Positions 1 to 8,373 of a stretch of DNA of 32,000 nt are shown here, in pieces; positions within the stretch are counted from its first letter, which is position 1; the number at the start of each line of letters is the position of its first letter. Position numbers and translations under genes: made by a program. Under the pieces are notes generated by a model. That model was not told the origin of the DNA and searched no databases. It saw only the letters and a list, made by a program, of their open reading frames with translations. This DNA is from Candidatus Heimdallarchaeota archaeon (GTDB lineage: Archaea; Asgardarchaeota; Heimdallarchaeia; JABLTI01): assembly GCA_030614005.1 (NCBI GenBank), contig JAUWKS010000029.1:9317-41316 (forward strand), in the 5' to 3' direction.

Positions 1-2
1 GG

Positions 3-371
3 GTAACCATCTTTTATCTCTTCGGAACTCCAGGGCAATGGCGTTTTAAGGACATTCGAGCTTTTGCAGAACGAAGAGCAGATGGAGTAATTTTCATCCT
101 TGACCCCCTTGATCCCAAAATTAAGGAGAATTACGAGGAATTCAAAGAAACCGTCATCAAAAATGTTGAGCGCAAAGTTCCTATTATCTATGTAGTAAAC
201 AAGCAGGACTTACCTAATGTCTACAGCGCTAAGGATATCGCAAAAGAATTAAAACTCAAAGATACTGATATGTTCGATATGTCTGCGTTAAAATGTAAGA
301 ACATCTCAATTCCAATAATTGCATTAATTAAAAAAATGCAAGAAGAAGAACTCGGAAAGAAAAAAGAGTAA
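3..371 (+). CDS. Small GTPase, MglA/CvnD/Arf-like (5' truncated by window edge)
   Basis: Not in the ORF track. Frame 3 reads VTIFYLFGTPGQWRFKDIR...DGVIFILD...PIIYVVNKQDL...FDMSALK...GKKKE*, giving G3 GTPGQ, G4 NKQD and G5 SAL. Stop TAA at 369-371. Confidence 0.9.
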   Translation, partial: VTIFYLFGTPGQWRFKDIRAFAERRADGVIFILDPLDPKIKENYEEFKETVIKNVERKVPIIYVVNKQDLPNVYSAKDIAKELKLKDTDMFDMSALKCKNISIPIIALIKKMQEEELGKKKE

Positions 372-492
372 TAGTCTTTCCTTTTCTCTCATTTTTCTCT
401 TTTTTGATTGAGATATTTAGTAAAATTGTTAAAGTAGAAACTAATTTTGATGAATTGGTAATGAATAAATAATTGATAAAGGCGAATTCAAG

Positions 493-837
493 ATGGCAAT
501 GGAATTTTGTGAAGAATGCGGTTCGATGATACAACCAACAAAAATAGATGGAAAATATGTTATGGCATGCCAAAAGTGTGGCACAGGTAAAAAGGACATA
601 ACAAAAGAAGATAATATTCTATCGCAGGAAATAAGTCACTCAGATGATAAGAAAATGGTTATTATAGAAAACCCTGATGAAATAAACACTATGCCGACAA
701 AACCTATGAGATGTCAAAAGTGTAAGATAGTTGTAGATACACAATACTGGGCTGTGCAGACAAGAAGTGGGGATGAAGCGTCAACACGCTTCTATCGGTG
801 CATGAAATGCAAACATACTTGGCGAGAATATGATTAA
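493..837 (+). CDS. tfs: Transcription factor S (TFS/RpoM family)
   Basis: N-terminal zinc ribbon CEECG...CQKC and C-terminal ribbon CQKC...QTRSGDE..T.FYRCMKCKHTWREY. The acidic DE hairpin is intact. Confidence 0.95.
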   Translation: MAMEFCEECGSMIQPTKIDGKYVMACQKCGTGKKDITKEDNILSQEISHSDDKKMVIIENPDEINTMPTKPMRCQKCKIVVDTQYWAVQTRSGDEASTRFYRCMKCKHTWREYD

Positions 838-875
838 TGGTAATTTTGACAACCTAAATTTTTTTTACTTAGATC

Positions 876-1466
876 CTAACCATTTTCTTCCTTAGCTAAT
901 GCAATTAGTCGAGCAACCCGAATTGGTTCAGGTATTCTTCCAACAACAGTTACTTTTGTCAGAAAAGTAGCTATTTCATCGTCTTCGAAACCAATTGATT
1001 GTATAAACACAGGTTCTTCTCCTTCTGCAGATTGAATTTCTCTTATTAAACCAGAATTAGTAATTACCTGGTACCGTTCTTCCCAATTCGTAACATTCTT
1101 TATTGCGGAACGGATCTTTTCAAAATTTGGTTTTCTGTCGACAACTGATAGTACAGGTAACCCTGTTTTTTCATACAATTTCTTGATATCTATATAATTG
1201 AAACCTGCAATAGTAATCCCTCGAGTCATTATCAATTTGAGTTGTTTACTATGAGTACTTTGTTCTATCATCGCTTGAATTTTTTCTGTTGCATCCTCAC
1301 CATCAACTTCAATTGAGGTTTTCAATACGCCCTCAAAAAGTGAGGCTCCTCGATACACCACTCCATAAATTGGCACAAATTTATCCTCTAAACGATTAAA
1401 AGAAGAACAGGCAATCCCCAGTATCTTTACTCCTTTCTTTATCTGTTGAGTCAATACTTTCACCAC
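876..1466 (-). CDS. DUF99/UPF0215 family protein (endonuclease V-like fold)
   Basis: GVVYRG, VDGEDAT, GITIAGFNYIDI, TGLPV and GRIPEPIRVARLIA match DUF99. The N-terminal GIDD-type motif reads GIAC. Confidence 0.85.
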   Translation of the reverse strand: MVKVLTQQIKKGVKILGIACSSFNRLEDKFVPIYGVVYRGASLFEGVLKTSIEVDGEDATEKIQAMIEQSTHSKQLKLIMTRGITIAGFNYIDIKKLYEKTGLPVLSVVDRKPNFEKIRSAIKNVTNWEERYQVITNSGLIREIQSAEGEEPVFIQSIGFEDDEIATFLTKVTVVGRIPEPIRVARLIALAKEENG

Positions 1467-1505
1467 AAAATTCTGCCTCTATACTCTCGAGACAAAACAA
1501 TCTAT

Positions 1506-1943
1506 CTAAGACATACGTTCTACAATTTCTAACAATATTTTCTCAAAAGCTTTTGCCATAAGCAGTCGTTCATTACTCCGGTAGGAAATTTCTTCCAATG
1601 TTTTTGCTTGCATTACTGAAACAATTATTTCCACCATTTCATCTATTGTTAGTATATTTTTCAAATAAGCATGACCAATTAGTGCTTCAGCTCCATCTCC
1701 TAGATCACCCGATGATACACTCGAAGGCATTATAGCTCTTAGATTTGCATTTCTTATTGCTTCCGCTAGTGATTTATCTAACACTCTCTCACCAAATGGT
1801 TGCTTGTATCGTCTTGTTTTTGCTACCGAATAGACAAAATTTGTTAAAGAATCACCAAATTTAGCTAAGCTATGATCTCTCATTACTTTGGTTAATCTTG
1901 TTCTCAATGGTTCTGGTAGAGTGCTTTTTTTCATAGGTATCAA
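1506..1943 (-). CDS. Archaeal RNase III-like single-domain protein (DUF3198-like)
   Basis: LAKFGDSLTNFVYS and GDGAEALIGHAY resemble the two RNase III signature helices. It sits in the rpoL/csl4 neighbourhood usual for this family. Confidence 0.8.
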   Translation of the reverse strand: MIPMKKSTLPEPLRTRLTKVMRDHSLAKFGDSLTNFVYSVAKTRRYKQPFGERVLDKSLAEAIRNANLRAIMPSSVSSGDLGDGAEALIGHAYLKNILTIDEMVEIIVSVMQAKTLEEISYRSNERLLMAKAFEKILLEIVERMS

Positions 1944-2045
1944 CTATGAGATACTAAGTATTATGCATCAGCATTAAATAAAAAGGAATTTGCGAAATTA
2001 CTCGAATAGACCTCTTTCTCATTTGAGATCAATCCAGTACAGCAC

Positions 2046-2324
2046 TTAAGCAACCTTATCTAATAATTTGTAAAACTCATCACAGGTTTTACCAAGTTCT
2101 TTTGCTGCTGTTCTTGCTGCTTTGTCTATTTTCTTCTTTGGTGCAGCTTTGATAACTAGTTTTGTTTCTTCGACGAAAGGGTGTGCCTTAAAATATCCAG
2201 TTGAATCTACTTCTTTTACATCACTCAAAAATTCCCTGATAACATTTGTAAAAGTATGTCCTTCACCAATTATCTCGAGAGTAATTTCTTTTTCTTCATC
2301 ATATTCTAAAATTTTAACTTCCAT
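2046..2324 (-). CDS. rpoL: DNA-directed RNA polymerase subunit L (Rpo11)
   Basis: LEIIGEGHTFTNVIREFL and GYFKAHP; 92 aa. Confidence 0.95.
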   Translation of the reverse strand: MEVKILEYDEEKEITLEIIGEGHTFTNVIREFLSDVKEVDSTGYFKAHPFVEETKLVIKAAPKKKIDKAARTAAKELGKTCDEFYKLLDKVA

Positions 2325-2424
2325 TTTTTTCGGGCCACCATTTTATTGTTAAAATACAATAATCAATAATGAGACTTATATTACTAATTCCTCGGTTTTT
2401 TGTTTCTTCTATTAAGATTTTGGT

Positions 2425-3072
2425 TTATTTCGCGATTTTCAGGCATTTATCAATTGCTTGTGAAGGTTCAACAGATAATATTAATCTATTATATTCGTCT
2501 TCGCTTGTTGTTTTCGCCTTTTGAGCCAATGCTATTGCTTCTTCAATGGTTAGTTTTTTTACTACAGCAATTGTTGCAAGTACTTCTCTCAAACTCTTTG
2601 TAGATACTTCATAAGGCATTGAGCTTAGGCAAGCATCTATTGCATTGATTAATGTAACCAATGGGTTATAGGCTATCTTTGAATAAAGAATGTTCTCTTC
2701 ACGACTGGTTTCAATCCCTTGTATTTCTAAAATTCTTAGAAGGATTTTTACTGGAAATGTTTTACCAATCGCTTTTGAGATATAAGTAATTTCATAATCG
2801 TAGAATCCGTCTGCATCAGGATAGAGTATACCATTTATTATTTGGGTAATATTCTTTGCACGCTCAACGGCTTCTTTGAGATGATCTTTTGCTCCTTCGA
2901 ACCGAATGTTTATCTTTCCGCCATTGTAGTCAGCAATAATATCAACTTTTTTGATTTGTTTTTGGAGTGCCTCTAGTAAAAGAATTGCTTCTTTTGTAGA
3001 TGAAACATTCAATACCATTTCTTTTGCGGTCCAACGAGCCATTAGAATATCCCTCACTTTGCTAACTAGCAT
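2425..3072 (-). CDS. DUF2067-like conserved archaeal protein
   Basis: 215 aa ORF co-oriented between csl4 and rpoL, the position DUF2067 typically occupies. Sequence resemblance is only general. Confidence 0.6.
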   Translation of the reverse strand: MLVSKVRDILMARWTAKEMVLNVSSTKEAILLLEALQKQIKKVDIIADYNGGKINIRFEGAKDHLKEAVERAKNITQIINGILYPDADGFYDYEITYISKAIGKTFPVKILLRILEIQGIETSREENILYSKIAYNPLVTLINAIDACLSSMPYEVSTKSLREVLATIAVVKKLTIEEAIALAQKAKTTSEDEYNRLILSVEPSQAIDKCLKIAK

Positions 3073-3087
3073 TTTTTATTATTTTAT

Positions 3088-3654
3088 TTATAATCGTGCT
3101 CGTCCGTAATCTTCTGCGACTTTTCGGGGTTCTACGTTATCGCAATTATCGCATTTGAGGGTACCCCTTCGCAAGTATCTTAATCGTTCTCCACATTTAC
3201 TGCAGAGTGCATAGATAACCCCAAGTTCATTATAAGTTGTTGTAAACTGTATTGGAAGTGTATGAGCATCCATTATCTTTCCTCTAATAATATCGCCTTC
3301 TTTGAGGGCGTCAAACATTGAGTCAAGATAAGATCTTGTAGCATGGGAGATATGCATAATTGATGAGTAAGAGGGAGTAACAGATTGACCATTAATGTAT
3401 TTGACAGACATAGAAACCATATGTTTATTGACATTTTCAGCCTGACCAATAATAACATCGCCTTTCTTTGGGACTAATGGTTTTCTTACTCTTGGAAAAA
3501 TACTGACTGTTCGTTTCTTTTTATCGTTAAAAACAGTACCAGTGACTGTTGTTAATACTTTACCTTCAGCAACATAGGTTCCTTCTCCAGGGAGAGCTTC
3601 TTCTTCAACACAAATGTAGTCGCCAGGTAAAAGAAATTCGCCATTTTCTTTCAT
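3088..3654 (-). CDS. csl4: Exosome complex component Csl4
   Basis: FLLPGDYI..EEE..PGEGTY, S1 domain PKKGDVIIG, and C-terminal zinc ribbon LGVIYALCSKCG...C.NC...EPRKVA..YG. Confidence 0.95.
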   Translation of the reverse strand: MKENGEFLLPGDYICVEEEALPGEGTYVAEGKVLTTVTGTVFNDKKKRTVSIFPRVRKPLVPKKGDVIIGQAENVNKHMVSMSVKYINGQSVTPSYSSIMHISHATRSYLDSMFDALKEGDIIRGKIMDAHTLPIQFTTTYNELGVIYALCSKCGERLRYLRRGTLKCDNCDNVEPRKVAEDYGRARL

Positions 3655-3979
3655 TCTTTAATTCAATCCTTTACGTCTTCTTGTTAAGCACAAATTCTCT
3701 TGGAATTTAAATCTATTCTTCAATTGAATTCAAATAATATCATTTTTCTTTTTATATGAAAATACTTTTTCGAAAATTCGTTTTTCTACACTTTTCGTCT
3801 ATTAGCTTTAGTGCTTACAAATTTTTTCTTGTAATGAAATGGTAATTTTACTAGAATATCTTTCTTTTGTTTGTTGTTGTTTTTTATCTAATAAAACATT
3901 TAAATCTTGGAATACTTTATAGTAAAATAAATAAGTAAATGCATTAGCAAACTGGAAACTAATTTCTAGGATGAAATAA

Positions 3980-5593
3980 ATGGATGCTGCCCTTCACAAG
4001 ATCGCTATTGTCGATGCAACAGGTTCTGGTAAAGGAAAAAGAAGATTCACTCGAGATGCTATTGGTGCAGGTTCTAGAAGTGTTTATGGAGTGCTTGAGG
4101 AGTTAGGAATTGAAGCAAAAATTTTTCTCGCAGAAGATATCCTTGAGAAAGGATTCCCTCAAAGATTTTCTTCTCTATTCATTAGTGCTATGTCAATGGA
4201 TAAAATTGCTGTAAAAAGAGTAATCTCTTCTTGGAGAAAAAATGCTGATGGTCGAGTAGTTATTGGTGGACCGATTTCCTCTGAATTAGATTCTACTTTG
4301 CTTTCAACTCAAGCAGATATCATTGTTATTGGAGAGGGGGAAAAGACAATCAAAGAGCTTATTGAATATGATGCTCTAAGAGAATCAACCTCAATAGAAA
4401 CTTTGAAGAAAATTCTTGGAATTGGTTTTTTCGATTCAAATGGAAAAGTGAAGATCAATGGTTTTAGAAAATATTCTTCTCGAGAGGAATTTAGAGCATT
4501 TCAAGCATCTACAAAATGTATTACTGATTATCCCAAGTATTTCTCAGCTAAAGTATATGTGGAATGTGTAAGAGGATGTTCCAATTTTAAAGGAACAAAG
4601 CTTCTCTTACCAGATGGCAGACAATGTTCAGATTGCGGTTTTTGTGATAGTTATTGTCTTGAAGATAGATTGAAATGTCCTGAAGGAATACCTCCTGGAT
4701 GTGGTTTTTGTAGTGTTCCTAACTTATTTGGACCAGCTCGTAGTCGAACACCAGACCAAGTAGTAAAAGAAATAGCTAAATTACTTGAAAAAAATGTTAA
4801 GAGAATTATTCTCAGTGCACCCGATTTTCTTGATTTTGGGAGAGACAATGAATTAGGAGATAATTTGCTGATGAATCCTTATTTTCCAAAAGCAAATATC
4901 AAATTGATCGAAGAACTTCTTTCACAAATAGCTTCTATAAAAAACGTTTCGAATGGGAAAGCATGGATTGAAGTGGAAAATATTAAAGCACACCTCTTTA
5001 CTGAAGAAGTAGCTAAAATTCTGTCAAAATATCTTCCAGGGTCCTCTTTTAGTATCGGTTGTGAAACCGGAAGTGAATCTCATGCCATTCAATTGGGAAG
5101 ATCAAGTATGCCCAAAGAAACTCTCCGTGCAGTGAAAATCGCTCATAAATATGGTTTAAAGGCTCATGTCTATTTTATCCATGGTTTGCCTGGTCAAACA
5201 AAGCAAACTGCAACAGAAACGGTAAAATTAATTCATAATTTGGAACCATATATCGAAAAAGTAACTATCTATCGATTTCGACCTCTACCAATGTCCGCTT
5301 TTGGCGATGTCCCTCCACCAAAACCAGCGGTGAAAAACCCTATTAGTAAAATGATTGCTGATGCAGCTAACGAAGTTAATTTCCAGAAGAAGACCAATTT
5401 GGTTGGAAAGAAAGTAAGAGTGATACTGAGTGAACCAAATTATCGGGAGGAAGGCGGAGCAATAGCCAATATCCTCGATGGTGGACCGATGGTTGCAGTT
5501 GAAAATGCTAAAGAGAGGATTGGAGAAATCGTTACTGTTTATATTGATAAAGTCATCACTGAAAAATTGGTTCATGGGAAAATAGTGGAATAG
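3980..5593 (+). CDS. B12-binding domain/radical SAM protein with C-terminal TRAM domain
   Basis: Cobalamin-binding-type segments VVIGGP and DIIVIGEGE; VECVRGC...GCGFCSVP; IGCETGS; YFIHGLPGQT; TRAM-like tail LVGKKVRVIL...IGEIVTVYIDKV...LVHGKIV. Confidence 0.85.
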   Translation: MDAALHKIAIVDATGSGKGKRRFTRDAIGAGSRSVYGVLEELGIEAKIFLAEDILEKGFPQRFSSLFISAMSMDKIAVKRVISSWRKNADGRVVIGGPISSELDSTLLSTQADIIVIGEGEKTIKELIEYDALRESTSIETLKKILGIGFFDSNGKVKINGFRKYSSREEFRAFQASTKCITDYPKYFSAKVYVECVRGCSNFKGTKLLLPDGRQCSDCGFCDSYCLEDRLKCPEGIPPGCGFCSVPNLFGPARSRTPDQVVKEIAKLLEKNVKRIILSAPDFLDFGRDNELGDNLLMNPYFPKANIKLIEELLSQIASIKNVSNGKAWIEVENIKAHLFTEEVAKILSKYLPGSSFSIGCETGSESHAIQLGRSSMPKETLRAVKIAHKYGLKAHVYFIHGLPGQTKQTATETVKLIHNLEPYIEKVTIYRFRPLPMSAFGDVPPPKPAVKNPISKMIADAANEVNFQKKTNLVGKKVRVILSEPNYREEGGAIANILDGGPMVAVENAKERIGEIVTVYIDKVITEKLVHGKIVE

Positions 5594-5816
5594 TTGGTAT
5601 TGAAAAAATCGTTTTTTGGAAAAGAGATGAACTTTTATGCTTGAATTAAGAATTAATTATGAAGAGAGAAGCTCTTACCACAAAAAAAATGACATTGTAG
5701 TTTCAAAACAGTGATAAGAACTTTTTAATAGAGAAATTAAAATGAGAGAATAGTAACAACAATAGACAGAAAAAAATTGTAAGTTTAATAGTAATATTGA
5801 GGGTACAATATATAGA

Positions 5817-6578
5817 ATGGAGAACAAACAAATGGCACTTAGAATGGTTTTAGCAGACGCAAAAATATGGAAAAATATTATCGAATCACTCACCTTACTT
5901 GATGAAGCAAATTTCATCGCTTCAGAAAGAGGAATTGAACTACGGGCAATGGATCCCAGTAGAGTAGCTATGGTCGATTTTTTCCTACCTGCAAATGCTT
6001 TCGAAGAATATGAATGTTCAGAAGTCACTCGTTTAGGCATTAATTTAGATGAAATGATTCAAATTATGAGACGCTCAGGTTCCTCTGATGAACTTATAAT
6101 GGAGCTTGAAGGAACAACAAAACTTGTAATGACATTCAAAGGGCAAAATGTTAGAAGCTTTGGTATAAGCTTACTTGATTTAGGTGAAAGTGATTATCCA
6201 GCACCAACTATTGACAGCAAATCAAAGATTAAACTCACAGCAGATGCCTTACAACAAGCAGTAAAAGACGCCGAAATAATCGGGGACCACATCAGAATTG
6301 TCACAGATGAAAATGGTTTGACTCTATCTGCTTCCAGTGAAACCAAAGATGTCAAAATTTACATCGAAAAAGATAGTGATGTTATTGCTGAATTCAACGT
6401 AAGAGAAGAATCAAGCGCAATGTATTCATTAAGCTATCTGACTGAGATGACAAAAGCAATCAAAGCAAGTGAATTAGTAATGATAGCATTCTCCGCTAGT
6501 ATGCCTATTCAATTGGAATTTCCAATTGTCGCAGGTGGAAAACTTACCTATTATCTTGCACCAAGAATTGAAACCTAA
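5817..6578 (+). CDS. pcn: DNA polymerase sliding clamp PCNA (start may be the second Met, MALRMVL)
   Basis: LRAMDPSRVAMVD, YSLSYL and GKLTYYLAPRIE are PCNA signatures. Confidence 0.97.
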   Translation: MENKQMALRMVLADAKIWKNIIESLTLLDEANFIASERGIELRAMDPSRVAMVDFFLPANAFEEYECSEVTRLGINLDEMIQIMRRSGSSDELIMELEGTTKLVMTFKGQNVRSFGISLLDLGESDYPAPTIDSKSKIKLTADALQQAVKDAEIIGDHIRIVTDENGLTLSASSETKDVKIYIEKDSDVIAEFNVREESSAMYSLSYLTEMTKAIKASELVMIAFSASMPIQLEFPIVAGGKLTYYLAPRIET

Positions 6579-6602
6579 GAAATTTTAATCTTTCATAGGA
6601 AT

Positions 6603-6697
6603 TAGCTGATATATTCAGTGGACAAGAAGGCTTGTAAGCCTGTCTTTCCTTCTTTCTATTGGTAGAAGCACAACAGATTGCTTTGTAAGCAAGTGCC
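6603..6697 (+). other. Structured intergenic segment (candidate ncRNA or UTR element)
   Basis: Two hairpins of similar architecture at 6620-6645 and 6668-6696, plus smaller stems CTGA/TCAG and TTCTA/TAGAA. The strand is assumed from the flanking genes. Confidence 0.35.
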
Positions 6698-6791
6698 AAA
6701 AAATGTAAAAGAGAAAAATGGCTATTTATTGTTAGAGAGTAAGAAGAAAATAACCAGAAAATGCAACCTAACCAACATTGAGGATAAATGA

Positions 6792-7400
6792 ATGAGTAGA
6801 GATAAACAATATAATCAAATCGTTCTGCTTTGGAAAAGCGAAAGACAAACAAATAAATTGCTTGAAGTAAAAAGTGTAGTCTATTCAACTATAAGGCAGA
6901 AAATTAACACTCTAGTAAAAGATCTCGAAAAATTAGATAAAAAAGATATCATATCCTTCAAGATAATCAATGAACGAATAGAGCGTTTAAATAAAATTTT
7001 ACGTGATTTATCAAAAATCAGAAAACACAAAATCATTCATGAAATTTTAGATGGTATCTTGAATAAAGATGGTTTGGCTGCAGAAGAAATTGACTTAGTG
7101 TCTAATCTTAAACGACTATTTGATGAGCATAATCAAAGAAGCATTTACGGAAAAATATCAAGAGAATTACCAAGAGACGAGAGAGAAACAGCCACCGGAG
7201 AGCAACAAACAAAAGAAGAATTAATGATCATTCGAATTTTAGAAGATATACCTGAAATAGTTGCTGCAACAGCAAAAGGTGAAACAAAGAAAACATTTGG
7301 TCCTTTCAAAAAGGAAGATATCGTGCGATTGCCTATCGTCTATGCAAAAACGTTGATAATGAAAAATGCAGCAGATAGAGTAGATCTACCGAATCTTTAG
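6792..7400 (+). CDS. gins51: GINS complex protein, Gins51/Gins15 type
   Basis: Helical A domain (W..ER...L, LSKIRKHKII, LAAEE) plus C-terminal B domain IRILEDIPEIV...FGPFKKEDIVRLP..YA..L; directly downstream of PCNA. Confidence 0.88.
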   Translation: MSRDKQYNQIVLLWKSERQTNKLLEVKSVVYSTIRQKINTLVKDLEKLDKKDIISFKIINERIERLNKILRDLSKIRKHKIIHEILDGILNKDGLAAEEIDLVSNLKRLFDEHNQRSIYGKISRELPRDERETATGEQQTKEELMIIRILEDIPEIVAATAKGETKKTFGPFKKEDIVRLPIVYAKTLIMKNAADRVDLPNL

Positions 7401-7497
7401 AAAATAAATAACAATTGAATAGGTTTGAAAAAATAAACCTAATCTCTTTTTATAGCATTCTTTGAATAATTTCACATTTAAAATGAAATAGCAAGTT

Positions 7498-7710
7498 TTA
7501 TGCTTTAGGTTCAACTGCCTTTTTTTCTGGTTCAACGACTTTGCCAAGTATTTGACATTTACCGCCAGCAGGCTTTGCTAATAAGCAATTGCAAACTTGA
7601 CAGTGAACTTGAGTGGAAGCATGGCTAAAGACTCTTTGAACCTTGTTACAATCAGGACATTCAACTTGAATGAATTCTGATGTTGGTTTTGGGATTGTTG
7701 GTTCTGACAT
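7498..7710 (-). CDS. rps27e: Ribosomal protein S27e (eS27)
   Basis: IPKPTSEFIQVECPDC...FSHAST.V.C..C...LAKPAGGK. ATG at 7710 with an AGGAGA Shine-Dalgarno upstream is preferred over the 7737 start in the ORF track. Confidence 0.95.
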   Translation of the reverse strand: MSEPTIPKPTSEFIQVECPDCNKVQRVFSHASTQVHCQVCNCLLAKPAGGKCQILGKVVEPEKKAVEPKA

Positions 7711-7825
7711 ATTTTGTTTTTCTCCTAATTTTTCCATTCTTATGGTGTCAGTCCAATTTTATTAGTACTTAAATTTAACGATAAGGCAAAAAGAATTAAT
7801 TACTAAAAAAGTTTTTTTCTGCTTA

Positions 7826-7904
7826 GGATGTGTAGCGCAGCTTGGATAGCGCGCCTGGCTCCGGACCAGGAGGCTCGGGAGTTCAAATCTCCCCACATCC
7901 GCCA
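7826..7904 (+). tRNA. tRNA-Arg(CCG), CCA encoded
   Basis: Cloverleaf: GGATGTG/CACATCC, GCGC/GCGC D stem, CCTGG-CT-CCG-GA-CCAGG, GGGAG-TTCAAAT-CTCCC, then G-CCA. Confidence 0.96.
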
Positions 7905-8016
7905 ATCTTTCAAGTTCGTTTTCAAGTGTTACATAAAACAGCAAGATTAACTACAAAAGTATTAATAAATAGATTTTTAATTTAAATGTAAACTGAATTT
8001 GTTAAGAACTAACTGT

Positions 8017-8057
8017 AGGCCTGTAGTTCAGCCTGGATAGAATAACGGATTTTAATC
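8017..8057 (+). pseudogene. tRNA 5' fragment (acceptor 5' strand, D arm, degenerate anticodon arm)
   Basis: AGGCCTG-TA-GTTC-AGCCTGGATA-GAAT-A-ACGGA-TTTTAA-TC. The D stem pairs, but no T arm or acceptor 3' strand follows. Confidence 0.7.
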
Positions 8058-8373
8058 AAATGGTTCAAGAATAGAAATCTCTTTAATTTCATAATTTATT
8101 CAACAAAACCTTACAATAAAATTATTGTAATTGTTTTGATGATATAAATAACTGTTATTTTGAAAAGAGATTTTAAACTAACATTTAAAGGAAAAAATAG
8201 AAAATGATTTTTGAAATTTTTATAATAAATTCGTAAATTTAAATACAATATATAAAATTAAATAATCAAATATCTTTAAATATGAAAAACAATATTCTTT
8301 TATACCTTTAATAAAAGATATAAGGATGAAATGTATAAAAATTATACGAAAGGATAGGTAGGTTGATTGTTTC

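Noticed and set aside
6603-6697. SECIS element or C/D box sRNA
   Set aside because: No in-frame UGA in the flanking genes, no archaeal SECIS GAA/A motif, and no properly ordered RUGAUGA/CUGA boxes.
7762-7944. 60-aa minus-strand ORF
   Set aside because: It is the antisense reading of tRNA-Arg(CCG).
8045-8057. Reading the 5' tRNA fragment as an ochre suppressor (anticodon TTA)
   Set aside because: The anticodon stem has no 3' partner and no T arm follows. A 1-nt deletion from a Lys(TTT)-like or other loop explains it equally well, and TAA is used as a normal stop throughout the window.
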